Assembly: GCA_965603825.1 (NCBI GenBank) | Contig: CBFDEM010000024.1 | Coordinates: forward strand, 496,001 to 560,000 | Origin: Blepharisma stoltei ATCC 30299 | Lineage: Eukaryota; Protista; Ciliophora | DNA: 64,000 nucleotides | Reading direction: 5' to 3' | Shown: piece after piece, positions 11,026 through 22,277 of the stretch | Layout of the letters: every line of letters begins with the position of its first letter | Position numbering within the stretch: the first letter of the stretch is position 1 | Made by a program: the position numbers and the translations under genes | The notes under the pieces: generated by a model | What the model saw: the letters and a program-made list of their open reading frames with translations, nothing else | Told to the model about the DNA's origin: nothing | Database searches by the model: none

Positions 11026-12765
11026 CTAAATTTCGTTTCTCATTATAAGCTGCGTTATTTCTGCCAAAAAGCTGACAGAATTATGTATGTAAGATCCACC
11101 TAGCAATATTGTAGGCTCCATTCCTCTTTGATTCATTAATGCTATCTCTTTGGCTTCTTCATAAGTAGTTCCGCCCACCATAAATATAATGATTGTGGAT
11201 ATCCTTTCTTTAGGATTAAAAGGAGCCGTAGGAGTAAATTCTGATTCTTTAAGTTTACCTTTAATTAAGTGCTCAATAGTATTGATTAAGTATGGCTGAT
11301 GCTGAGTATAGACATTTGGAACATTTTTAAGGACAGTCGTTACCTTCGATCTTGCTCTCGCAAACAAATTTTTATTATGAAAAAGGTCGCATTGCCTTAC
11401 TTCTGACCCTGCATACTGTATAATTGCGTCAATCAGTTCAACCTGCTCTTCCTTAATTCCATTTTGCCTGAGCATATCCTTAATTTGATTAATTTTGTCA
11501 TCTTTCTCATACCTAAGAGCATATAGAAGTGCCAGCTTTACCTTATCAAAATTATTGAATCTTGAATCCCTCAGCATTTCACAAATTTGCCTAAATTGAT
11601 CCCCTCTATTTTCATTGCATGCTATATCTTGTTCAATTTCGCTGATATCTAGCAGCAGCCTTGCTTTTATCGCATGATCGAGCTCTGAAGTCAAAGTGAC
11701 ATGCTTGCTTACATTTCCTGCCATCCTATTAAACTCTGGATAAATTTCAATAAATCTCTTCATGTCTTCAATACTTTCTACTTTTCCCGTTGTCTGTCTC
11801 GCTTGCTCATATTGATCTACATAGCTTTTGATGCTGAGTGCCAAGTCACCAAAATTTGAAAACATATTCTCTGAATAAAATGGGTCTTGAATGCTGGATA
11901 ACGCGATTTGTTTTAAATCATTGCTTACCTGCTTTAAGCTGACTTTATTCATATCTAAGTTTAAGAGGTCATGAAGCATAGCTTGATATGTCCATTGATG
12001 CAAAAGTGGGGTGACTGGGTCTTCTCTTCTGTCTAAAATTAATAAAACAGTTGATTGGTCGACATTATCAATAGTTGTTTTGTGGCCATTTGAGGATCTA
12101 CCTGTATATAAACTCATTAAGTCTGGATCTTCTCTAAGCTTAGAATGGATCCTATCGGCAAGCGAATAGCAGAGCTCAGAATTGCGTTGATATCGGATGA
12201 CTGGAAGCTTTTTAATTGCAAGAAGTGCAGAGAATAGGCCAAGGACCATACGATCCATAAGTGCAACATCTTGAGGCTGCCATCTTTGATAGGATTTTGT
12301 TAACCCAATTGTGCTGGGGAGATTAAGAGTAAACAAATCATGGTTAATTGGGTAAAAATCAGAAAAAATTTCAAACACTTGTCTGACAATTTCTTGACGA
12401 TCTGCAGAAGCAAGGCGGCTGAGGAAGGCTGGCGGGACTGCATTTGTGAAGTAGAGATGGTAATTCCCATATTTCGGATTTGAAATGGCTTGAGAAAGCT
12501 TTGAAAAGTTATCTTCAGTAGGTCTTATAATATAGATCGCAGAAAGGTGGCCTAAGCGTTCATCAGCATCTGATACTAAAATAGATTTTTCAATCGGCTC
12601 TACTAGGAATACATTTTTTTGTAAAATTTCTGATTGGGTGATAATGAGTGATATAATTGAAGTCGTTTCATGATCAAGAACTAAAGACTTCATGCCTTGG
12701 TTGTCTTCAAAAATTCTTTCCAAGTAATCGCGAAGTATTCGGATGAAGCTATATCTTGGTTCCAT
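11026..12765 (-). CDS. VPS45: Sec1/Munc18-family vacuolar sorting protein Vps45
   Basis: LLILDRREDPVTPLLHQWTYQAM, SKHVTL and GGTTYEEA motifs. Confidence 0.93.
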   Translation of the reverse strand: MEPRYSFIRILRDYLERIFEDNQGMKSLVLDHETTSIISLIITQSEILQKNVFLVEPIEKSILVSDADERLGHLSAIYIIRPTEDNFSKLSQAISNPKYGNYHLYFTNAVPPAFLSRLASADRQEIVRQVFEIFSDFYPINHDLFTLNLPSTIGLTKSYQRWQPQDVALMDRMVLGLFSALLAIKKLPVIRYQRNSELCYSLADRIHSKLREDPDLMSLYTGRSSNGHKTTIDNVDQSTVLLILDRREDPVTPLLHQWTYQAMLHDLLNLDMNKVSLKQVSNDLKQIALSSIQDPFYSENMFSNFGDLALSIKSYVDQYEQARQTTGKVESIEDMKRFIEIYPEFNRMAGNVSKHVTLTSELDHAIKARLLLDISEIEQDIACNENRGDQFRQICEMLRDSRFNNFDKVKLALLYALRYEKDDKINQIKDMLRQNGIKEEQVELIDAIIQYAGSEVRQCDLFHNKNLFARARSKVTTVLKNVPNVYTQHQPYLINTIEHLIKGKLKESEFTPTAPFNPKERISTIIIFMVGGTTYEEAKEIALMNQRGMEPTILLGGSYIHNSVSFLAEITQLIMRNEI

Positions 12766-12914
12766 TTATAAAATTCTTGCATAACTAATTTTAGTTGAAT
12801 TTTTTCTTTATAAAATATTCTCTAAATAATTTTAATCAAAATATCTTAAGGGAAAAATACTTTTGGAAATTTGTATAGAATTCATTTATAGAATATCCCC
12901 CGCGAGATCAAAAT

Positions 12915-14291
12915 ATGGAGGTAAGATTGAATCATTATATGCTGAAGCTTAGGCTGCATAAGCTTGCTGATCTTAGAGAATTGTGTAAACAGCTTATGGT
13001 CAGACAAAACGGAAAAAGAGACGAAGTTGCGAATCGATTGGTTGGCTATTTACTAACTCCTGAAGGCAAAAGAGAAGCAAAATCCAAACTCCCTCGAGAA
13101 TTTTATGAAAGGTTTTACGATGAACGAGAGTCTGATAAAAGCTCTGTACAAGTTGATTGCTTATGTGACGGCAGCGTGGCTGGCCAAGTAATTAAATGCA
13201 CAAGATGCAACAGAAATCAACACATAATGTGTATAGGAAAACAAACCCAATCTGAAAACTATGAATGTGTCAGCTGCCAAATAATTCAGATGCATCCTCT
13301 TGATGAAGTTTTAGAATTTCTTATTACTCCGTTTTGAATTTGTAAAGATTCTGTAAGTCCATGTGAACGATCATTTGAGTGCTCTTTCGAGTTCCAGCAG
13401 CGAATTTTTGATTCAAGAGGTGAATTACAAGTCCAAATCCGCTGCATCCGATTAGATGGCATTGGCTACACTCAAAAATGGCCAAAGCATGGCTCGTTAT
13501 CAATAAATGGGAAAAATGCTATGGAATTCACAGTCTCCAAAAATCCCAATGCAAAACAAAGAAAAGACGAAATCCTCAATATTTCAGTCCTGCTAGCCAA
13601 TGGGAAAAACACAGTTGGGCTGCTAAAATATAATGATCTCGACACATATGCAGCTGCTGTATTATTAATTAAACAAAAATCAGAGGATACTCTTATAAGA
13701 GAAATAACTGAAAAGCCAGGCCTGAGTATTGAAGAAGGCAAAGAATTTGTAATTAATAAGCTTGCACGTGGAGATGATGATATTGTTTCGGAAAGTGTAA
13801 AACTCTCGCTTAAATGTCCCTTCGCAATGACTTTTATGGAGATTCCAGTCAGAGCTGTGAATTGCACGCATATTCAGTGCTTTAATTTAGCAACTTTTGT
13901 TAAGTTGCAAAGAGCTTCAAGAGTGAATAGATGAAGGTGCCCAATATGTAAAGGGTTTGCATTTAATTTGATTGTGGATCGATATTTTGAGTCAATCATA
14001 AAAACAGCTATGGCGGAAGGGACTGATATGCATAATATTGAATTTTTTCGGGACGGGAGTTATAAGATAATTACGTTTGATGAGTATATTGCAGACCAAG
14101 AGGAAGATGCAATCTTTAAGGGAAGTGGCCCAGAAAATGTTAAAGCAGAAGACATAGAGAATATTAATAGAAAAAGATCAAGAAATGAAGACGAAGGTGT
14201 AATACCAATTAAGACACCAAAAATTGATGGTCATAATGGCAGTTCCTCTATGAAAAATGGAAGAAGTATAGAAATGATTGAGCTAGACTAG
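12915..14291 (+). CDS. SIZ/PIAS-type SUMO E3 ligase (SAP, PHD-like, PINIT-like, SP-RING)
   Basis: LSLKCPF...PVRAVNCTHIQCF...W(TGA 13932-13934)RCPIC. Three ORF pieces are in one frame, with a C-terminal SIM-like IELD. Confidence 0.9.
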
Positions 14292-14394
14292 ATACACAAA
14301 CTATTTTTAAGTTGATATCACCATTTATTAATATAATTAATATTTAGGTAAAGGGCAAATGAATATTTAAAACTATGCAATTATTAAATTAAAA

Positions 14395-15687
14395 TTAATA
14401 GCATGCAATACTTGACGTCATTGCGTATTCCATTGCAATTGATTTATATGCAATATTCCTTGAATTCCTTCGTTTTTTATAAAAGCAGTACGACACTACT
14501 CCAATAGAGACTATCGAGAGTATTGCTATGATTACAACTATGGTGATCACCCATATCCTTTCACCCACTCCTGAATCATCATCTCCTGTGACGGCTGGAG
14601 CTAGATAAATCTGTAAATTCTCCATATCATAAACACTATAATATTCCCTTAGGAAAGGCACTCCAAGAATCCAGCCAGTTAAATTGTGGGAATAAAGCAA
14701 TAACATTGCCGTTCCATTGTTAAAAATTTGAAAATAAGACTCTGGACACACAGAATATTTATTGCCTTCTAATGTAAATACAATGTCAGGATATTTAGTT
14801 TCTCGATTGTATGGACAATGAATATATAAATATTTAGAACCAGAACAGCCGAATTTCTCTTTAAAATAAGAAAGCACGTTATCAATGTAATTGTTTGGTC
14901 CTCATATTATCTCAGATTTTGAATCAATTATAGCGGTTTCGCTATTTATTGATAAAGTTCCAGCTGGAGTTGATATTTCAGTTATATTTATTTCCCAATA
15001 GCCTCGAAAATCAGCAAGTTCTAAATAAGTGTATGACCCTTTGGCATATTTATCATCACTTCCACCAATAACCAATGCTGATTTTGGCTGATTTTTTCGG
15101 TTTATATTGTTCAAAAATAAGGAAAAAATTGATTTTTTTATAACTCGCTGGTCAACTAGAGTTTGTATATAAGTAGAAGTGCCATCTTCTAAATTAAAAC
15201 CAAGCCCAAACAAGCCATCTTCGTCAAATTTAACGTCATTGTCATGCTCAATAAGTAAAAAATATTGGCCTTTAGCTTCTGCCAATTTTTCCGGGCCAAA
15301 AGATGCAGTTTCTGAGCTTAGATTTCCTGAGACATATTGATCATCACTAAAATTTAATCTAATTGAGGCATAAGGTCCTTGATAAGTATCAGATGATTTT
15401 GGATCGAAAAAATTTGTAAAATTCTTACAAGAAACACAATTTTTATCCGGGACCACAATTCTATACCCACTAGTGTCTATGCTGAGGTTAAATTTTTGAG
15501 CAGGAGTCCCTAAGTTTACGCTTGCAAAATATTCACACTGACTAAAAATTACATTTTCCTTATTTGTTAGCTCTATTGAATACTGCATTCCATCATCTGA
15601 TTTTCCGAGAATTTCAATGTCAGAGTAACTGATAAGTTTAGGCATTGAGATAGCACATATTAAGAAAAACAGTGCTATGGAGAACAT
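14395..15687 (-). CDS. Membrane-anchored pepsin-family (A1) aspartic protease-like protein with degenerate catalytic motifs
   Basis: Signal peptide, YFASVNLGTPAQ, IDTSG, DGLFGLG, IDSKS, WILGVPFLREYYSVYD and a C-terminal TM. TGA 14902-14904; probable intron 15538-15552. Confidence 0.85.
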
Positions 15688-15858
15688 ATTATTATAAAAA
15701 TTATGATAATTGTTGAAAAATTGACTTTCAGGTAGTTTTGTTATGGAGTTATTTATAACTTGCTTTATATATGAATTTCAGATTAAATTAACAAATAGGG
15801 ATAGAAATATAATATAATTATATCTAAAAATAAATTTAATTAATAAGCATTTCAGAAA

Positions 15859-17436
15859 TTAGTAGATTTCTTCATTAAAAGGGATTTTATGCTCTTCATA
15901 TAGTTTCCCAGAGTTTTGAGGAAGCATGAAATTTCGTGGGTTATATTGCAAATTGGCTTTTGGCTTGCTACGCTCTTTTTTAATGGCGATTTGGCTTGAT
16001 TGAATATTTTGAACTTTTTCTTGTTCTTTCTTATTTTGAATCAGAAATTCATAAGGGTTCCCTTTGGTTACAGGCTCACTTTGTAATACACCTGCTAGAT
16101 CATCCACTTTTGGATGAGAAATTCCTTTATTTCCACTCCCAATATTTAGTATATCTGGGAGATCTTCTTTAATTATTGGAGGTAGCAGAGTTTCTCCTAT
16201 GTCAATTATTGTTTTTTCTGGTTTTCTGGTAGGACTTTCTATAGAAATTTTTATATGCTCTTGCTTTGGATTTTTTTGAACCTTACTTTTATTTTCATCC
16301 TCAATATCCCATGCATCCGGCAAGCCTTTCTCTTCTTGTTTTGGCTTTTTATGTTCTAATTTTTGAACTTTGCTTTTATTTTCATCCTCAATATCCCCCC
16401 ATACATCTGACAAACCTTTCTCTTGCTTTGGATTTTTATGTTCTAACTTGCTTTTATTTCCATCCTCAATATCCCAAACATCTGGCAAGCCTTTCTCTTG
16501 TTTTTGATTTTTATTTTCTAATTTTTGAACTTTGCTTTTATTTCCGTCCTCAATACCCCAAACATCTTGCAAACCTTTCTCTTCTTTTTCAGATAACAAA
16601 TTTTCTCTTATACCAATCATTGCTTTATCTGATTTTTTAATCAAATTCTCTTTTTGAATTTGCACAGGTATTTGCTTTTGATTTTTATGCTCTTCTTTTA
16701 GAACTTGCACAGGTTCTTGCATTGGATTTTTATGCACTTCTTTTTGAATTTGCACAGGCGCTATTTTTGGATTTTTCTGCTCTTCTTTATGAGTTTTGCT
16801 TTGTTTATTCTCAACTAAATATGGAAAACTGAAGCTTGGATCATTATCACCTATTATTTCAAGATTGTGATGTAATACTGAAAACTCAATTTCTGTTTCT
16901 TTATCAATTTGAAATAAAGTAATCAAAATAGGATTAGGAATTATGGAATTGCTAATTTTCTGGCAATTATCGCTAGAATAAATTCAGAAATCAATACTAA
17001 ATTCTCTTGAGAACATATTCAGTTCGCTATCATTTTCATCAACCATTGCTGTTTTAGGCGAAATTAGTTCTTTTGAAAATTCTAAAATCTCATTATATAA
17101 AGACTTGGATTTTTCCAAGGCTTCTCTATACTCTGCTTGGCTTGCAGTGTTTTCTTCGATTTGTTCAATAATACTTGTAAGTTTTGGGAAGGACTTGAAT
17201 CTGGATCTTTTTACTCTGTTAAGGCTAATTAAGTCTTACTATCTTTTTAAGTAGTTCATACCATAGCAGCCAAATGATTGAAAATAAATGAGTTTATCTA
17301 TGAGCTGCACTATGATTGCGCCTGAGACTGATAAAAATGGGCAAGGGCGAATCATTGCGAATCCTTCTTCACAAACAAGTCTAAATTCATCAGTGTCTTC
17401 AGGGATAGAGTAGACAGGAAGATAGTCGGCTTCCAT
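15859..17436 (-). CDS. Hypothetical protein (~520 aa) with internal tandem repeats
   Basis: Intron 17225-17239 (GTAAGACTTAATTAG) plus one TGA join ORFs 17239..17436 and 15859..16926 in frame. Confidence 0.75.
16262..16775 (-). repeat. Coding tandem repeats: about 4x EKGLxDxWxIEDxNKSKVQKLEHKNPKQE and 3x PVQIQKExHKN
   Basis: Visible at both DNA and protein level. Confidence 0.85.
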
Positions 17437-17691
17437 TATAAATTTACAGAATTCTATTATTCCCGAATTATATCAAAACTTATATTTGAATTAATTATCA
17501 TTGCATATCGAAATTATCTGTACAATAATATTATTTACCTATTTAATTCTCATTTGCTTTAAATTGTTCAGATTTAATAGCCTTATTACAGCAATCAGAA
17601 ATTAAAAACCGAATAGATAAATCTTTTTTATTTATTGTGAATAGCTTACTTTACATTTCGAGAATTTATTGTTGTATAATGTTTCACATGT

Positions 17692-18591
17692 TTAAAGTTC
17701 CATAATAGTCCTGTATGTTTTTTCATAAATCACAAAAAATAAAGCATTTGTAGGCAAAATTCTGATCAGTTGGACCGACAGTCCTCTATAAAACCCTTTA
17801 TGTCCTTCCGAATTCCAAGTTTTTATAATACAGTTCCTGAATCCTGTAAAAAGTTTTTCATCCTGCACTTTCCCATGAATTTCTTTTGAGTTTGTGCTTG
17901 CGAATTTTCCATACTGCTCTTGCTGAAGCTTTACCATCACAGACTGCATTGGATAAAGTGCAATCGTTGATAGAAATTTGCTGGCTCCTCCAGCAATAGC
18001 AATTTTCCCGTTATTATCATATCCATCCATAACCTCTTTCAATAATTCATAAAAATACAGCTGAAAAGCCCCATTTGAGCATAGGATAAGCCCAGGCATC
18101 AGCCCTGAGAAATACCCTCTCACCCCATCTAATTTATAAATTTTTTTAATAGCTTCAACTGTATCTCCATACCAATGACTTGTACGATTTTGGAGCATAA
18201 CCCTAGTCTTGATCACCCACAAAGGATTTGTAATAATCCTCGATATAACAGCAGCTTCTGCAGCCACTGAAAATCTATATATTTCTGGGTGTTTTTGCTT
18301 GAATTCCAATGAATATCTTTTTTTCGCTGATTCATAAAAATAAAAATAGACAGTTCACGCAAAGCTTGAGCATAGGCTTATATGCCACCCTCTATATAAT
18401 GATAAAGCACCTTCAGAAGAATATAAGGATTTTAATGCATGAATTGGGTTTCTATATTTTTCCTTTAATGTCGAGTTAAAAGTGTCTGACACAATAAGTC
18501 TAACTTTGATCATTTCTAATGGAAACAGTATAATAGAGCCTAGTGAAGCTGTAAAACCTGCTACAGATGAAGCAACCTGTGAGCGTTCCAT
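17692..18591 (-). CDS. Mitochondrial carrier, folate/FAD (SLC25A32-like) subfamily
   Basis: Three PxxxxK signature repeats including TNPLWVIKTR. TGA 18355-18357 in FAWTVYFYFYE. Confidence 0.88.
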
Positions 18592-18644
18592 ATTTCATGC
18601 GAAATTAACCATTCTTAAGCGAAAATTGACCGACATTAATAATC
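18592..18644. promoter_or_regulatory. 53-bp divergent intergenic region (probable bidirectional promoter)
   Basis: The ATGs of the carrier (-) and MetAP1 (+) are separated by 53 bp. Confidence 0.55.
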
Positions 18645-19712
18645 ATGGAAGAAGCAAAAGTGAATCCATGTGAAGGATGTGGCTCAGCGTCTACGTTGAG
18701 GTGCCCAACATGCATCAAAATGTGGAGACCGTCTTCTTATTTTTGTAGCCAAGATTGCTTCAAGAGAAATTGGGGAGCTCATAAAGCCAAGCACGAAGAC
18801 AATATCACTTATACAGGGCCACTAAGAAGAGGCTATGTGACTCCTATGAGAACAGTCCCAGACCACATTGAAAAGCCTGACTATGCAGTCACAGGGATCC
18901 CTGTAAGCGAGCACAAAGCAAGGTCAGACAGAGAAATCCCTGTTTACAGCACAGAGGAACTTGATAAAATCAGATATTCCAGCAGACTCGTCAGAGAATG
19001 CTTAGATCTGTGCCACAGGATGATCCGCCCTGGCTTGACCACAGAAGAAATTGACATTGCGGTGCACGAGTTTTGCCTTTCTAGAAATGCTTATCCATCC
19101 CCTCTGAATTACTATCATTTCCCTAAATCAGTTTGCACATCTCCTAATGAAGTCGTATGTCATGGAATTCCAGACTCCAGGCCGCTTCAAAATGGAGACA
19201 TTGTAAACGTGGACATCAGCATTTATTATCAAGGATTCCATGGAGATGCCAATGAAACTTATTTGGTAGGAGAAGTCGCTGACAGCTCAAAATTATTAGT
19301 AAGGACAACTTATGAAGCTTTAATGAAAGCAATTGAAGCTTGTAAACCTGGAGTCAGATATAGCGAACCTGGAAATATTATCAGCAAATATGTAGAAGAA
19401 AGAGGATTTTCAGTGGTAAGAAGCTACTGTGGACATGGTGTTGGGAGGATGTTCCATTGTGCACCAACTGTGCCGCACTATGCTAAGAATAAGACGCCGG
19501 GAATTATGAGGCCTGGGCATGTGTTTACAATTGAGCCGATGATAAACATGGGAAACTGGAGAGATCAGAAATGGGAAGATGATTGGACTGCTGTAACTGT
19601 GGATGGACAAAGGTCAGCACAATTTGAACATACTTTGCTTATTACAGAAACAGGAGTAGAAATTTTGAGTGGGAGACTGGAAACTTCACCTCCACTGGAG
19701 TTTTTAGAATAA
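18645..19712 (+). CDS. MAP1: Methionine aminopeptidase 1 with N-terminal zinc finger
   Basis: CPTC...[30 protein letters not shown] and SAQFEHT motifs. Confidence 0.97.
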   Translation: MEEAKVNPCEGCGSASTLRCPTCIKMWRPSSYFCSQDCFKRNWGAHKAKHEDNITYTGPLRRGYVTPMRTVPDHIEKPDYAVTGIPVSEHKARSDREIPVYSTEELDKIRYSSRLVRECLDLCHRMIRPGLTTEEIDIAVHEFCLSRNAYPSPLNYYHFPKSVCTSPNEVVCHGIPDSRPLQNGDIVNVDISIYYQGFHGDANETYLVGEVADSSKLLVRTTYEALMKAIEACKPGVRYSEPGNIISKYVEERGFSVVRSYCGHGVGRMFHCAPTVPHYAKNKTPGIMRPGHVFTIEPMINMGNWRDQKWEDDWTAVTVDGQRSAQFEHTLLITETGVEILSGRLETSPPLEFLE

Positions 19713-19797
19713 TGGTAATCATAACTATCATTTTTTAGCCTCACAATAAAAGCTCTCCTCACCTAATTTATGTTTTAATGACCAGATTAATAATTAG

Positions 19798-20488
19798 CTA
19801 AATAACTTTTTCTATAAATCTTGTAATAGGCTCAAAATCATTTGTCTCCACAGATCCTTCAAAAATTTCCACAAGCACTCCATTCTCTTCCATATGGCAA
19901 AAGTCGAATCTTTCCCCTTCTTTTCCTATTGGTTTCCTCAAAGTATCAGTCAGATCCGAAACTTTAATTTTTCTAAGTCTCTCACTAAATAAACATCACA
20001 TTTCAGTGCTTAGCTCGCTTTCAATCATCAACGTCTTTTTAGCAAGTGGCTGATCTTGTTTATTGCAAAAAATTAAGACTTGTTTAGGGTTATGCGTTGA
20101 AAAAATTTCGAATAAATCCTCGGCTGCCTTTTTAAAGCTAGGTTTGTCTGTAGAATCTATAAGCATTATTAGTCCTTTTGATCTTGGAAGCTTTGATAAT
20201 AAGTTTTTTTGGAAATAATTGTGCCCAGGAATGTCTGTAATTGTGGCTAATTTAGAACCAATTGTGGCAGTCCCTTGGTTTATTTTGAGGGAAGACACTG
20301 TTGTTGGAGATCGATTTTCTGTAAGCTTAATAAAGATTTACCTTGTAATAAAGCATGGTTTTGCCAGAACCAGATGGCCCAGAAATGACTATTTCAGGGT
20401 GCTTTGGGGATGATGATTTTGAAAAAAATTTGAAGTAGAGAATGAGGATGATTGGGATAATGATCAGGATAAGATAGAGAGAATCCAT
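19798..20488 (-). CDS. SRPRB: Signal recognition particle receptor beta subunit
   Basis: N-terminal TM, GPSGSGKT, DIPGH and NKQD. Introns at 20326-20341 (16 nt) and 19985-19999 (15 nt). Confidence 0.88.
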
Positions 20489-20760
20489 TTTAATATCAAA
20501 TATAATTAAGATACTAAAAATGGCCATGTGGGATGATATAAAGTGGTTAACTCAAGAAAATAGGATTTAAGCCATTTTAATTTTGGTAACGTAATAAGCT
20601 ATTATATAATAATTTAATGATATTTTTGCTTTCTATATGATCAAAAAGAATTTGCAGAAATTATGAGATCAAACAAATATTTTTTTTAAATTTTTTTAGT
20701 TTGATATATAGAGTATTAACTAATATAATGACCCAGCTTCATATAGCTAATATTTTTACA

Positions 20761-21546
20761 TTATGGAAAAAACTTACTTCGCATTGTTGGGGTTGGCGAG
20801 CTATCTTTTTCCCACCCTATTATTTCTTCATTGCCAAAAAGTTCTTTTGCTTCTTTCTTATCTTTGATAAATGAAATTTCTCTCATTGCTTTGTTTTTCT
20901 TTAGAAATGATATGTTTCTTGACGAAAATTCTTCACAAGATATATCTAATTTCTTTTTAATGGTTTTATGATGCTTTTCTATTCTTTTGATAACGTTTGA
21001 GAGTTCCGTTGGTAGCTCATTTGCCCTTCTTGTTGAAGTTGGGCTTAAAGATTTAATAAAAGGTCTCACTATTGAATCATCATTATTTTCAGCATTCTTG
21101 GAGTATCCCAATTTGCTGATATCAGCACCTTTTGCTGACTTAATGACACTTGAATATTGCCGATTAAGTTTATCTCCTGCTTTTGTATGGAAATACTCTT
21201 CGTTTAAAGGTGTCTGAAACATCTTAAAAGATTTTGTTTGAGGGCTTGCTGAGAATTTTATTTTCTTTAAACTAGGAAAAATATTTTTCATAGACATGGC
21301 AGTTGGGATTACAACATTTGATTTCACTTTTGGATAATCATGAGAAATCCCTAATCTTTCCTTATTTTTGTTAGTAATTTCACAATTTCTCTTGGGAAAT
21401 CTTTTTAAGGAAGCTTGGTTTTCTTGGCTTTTTGACCTTAAAAAATTCATCAATTTGATAATGGAATGTCCATAGCTCTGCTCATTGTTTTTCCGCAACT
21501 CTTGTCTGGAAAGAGCAACCATCCTATTAAGAGATGCAAGTTCCAT
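20761..21546 (-). CDS. Hypothetical basic protein
   Basis: 261-aa ATG-to-TAA ORF with no recognised domain. Confidence 0.7.
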   Translation of the reverse strand: MELASLNRMVALSRQELRKNNEQSYGHSIIKLMNFLRSKSQENQASLKRFPKRNCEITNKNKERLGISHDYPKVKSNVVIPTAMSMKNIFPSLKKIKFSASPQTKSFKMFQTPLNEEYFHTKAGDKLNRQYSSVIKSAKGADISKLGYSKNAENNDDSIVRPFIKSLSPTSTRRANELPTELSNVIKRIEKHHKTIKKKLDISCEEFSSRNISFLKKNKAMREISFIKDKKEAKELFGNEEIIGWEKDSSPTPTMRSKFFP

Positions 21547-21575
21547 TTTGATTTAAATAAACTTTATTATTAAAT

Positions 21576-22199
21576 TTAGCAGCAGTCTCTATAAAATCTT
21601 TTTTCTCTTGATGCCAATTTTAACGACTCATCACTTTGCAGCTTTGCTCCTCTTTCAAGCAGCCGAAAAGCCAAAGCCTCAAATAAAAAATCCACTTGGT
21701 AATTTTCTTTTGCACTTATTTCAACATAGTCCATATTATATTTTTCTGCCTTAATATTTGCTTCCTCATTGATAACTACTGATTTCAAATCTGCTTTATT
21801 TCCTACAAGTATTCTTATTTGATTTTTATTTTCTACCTCTTTATCAATATCTTTAATTCATCCATCCACATGATCAAAGGATTCTCTGCTGCTTTTATCG
21901 AACATAATGCAAATTCCGTCAGAGTCTCTATAATACACTTTAACAAAAGCTCTAAATCTTTCTTGGCCTGCTGTGTCCCACTATGTTGGCTTTACTATTT
22001 GAAGCTTTACTTTAGAATTTCCTATAATAATATCTGTGGCTCTGAAATCTAGGCCTATAGTTGCTGAATAATCTTTTTTAAAGTATCTTTCAGAACGCTG
22101 AATTAAAGTGCAGGTTTTACCTACAAAGGAGTCGCCAACTATAATTACTTTGAAAACATAATCCCTTTTTATAATTTACGGTTCTGATTGAGAAGCCAT
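21576..22199 (-). CDS. Divergent Rab-family GTPase
   Basis: GDSFVGKT, TIGLDF, KLQI|WDTAGQE, NKAD, EISAK and terminal CC. Introns 22165-22179 and 21981-21995; TGA 21858-21860 at the conserved Trp. Confidence 0.88.
21981..21995 (-). other. 15-nt spliceosomal intron (representative)
   Basis: GTAAAGCCAACATAG. Removal restores the Rab motif KLQI-WDTAGQE and deletes an in-frame TAG. Confidence 0.92.
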
Positions 22200-22277
22200 T
22201 TTATTGACCATGAATAAAAATAAGATTGTCCATGCTTATTACAAAATTATAAAAAGCATAAATTTTCCTTAAATTTA

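Noticed and set aside
14289-14291. TAG=Gln (NCBI table 15) or TAR=Gln ciliate code
   Set aside because: TAG and TAA occur only at gene ends or inside introns, and Gln is encoded by CAA/CAG.
16262-16600. Regularly spaced repeats as a CRISPR-like array
   Set aside because: They are in-frame coding repeats with related inter-unit sequence, in a eukaryotic context with no cas genes.
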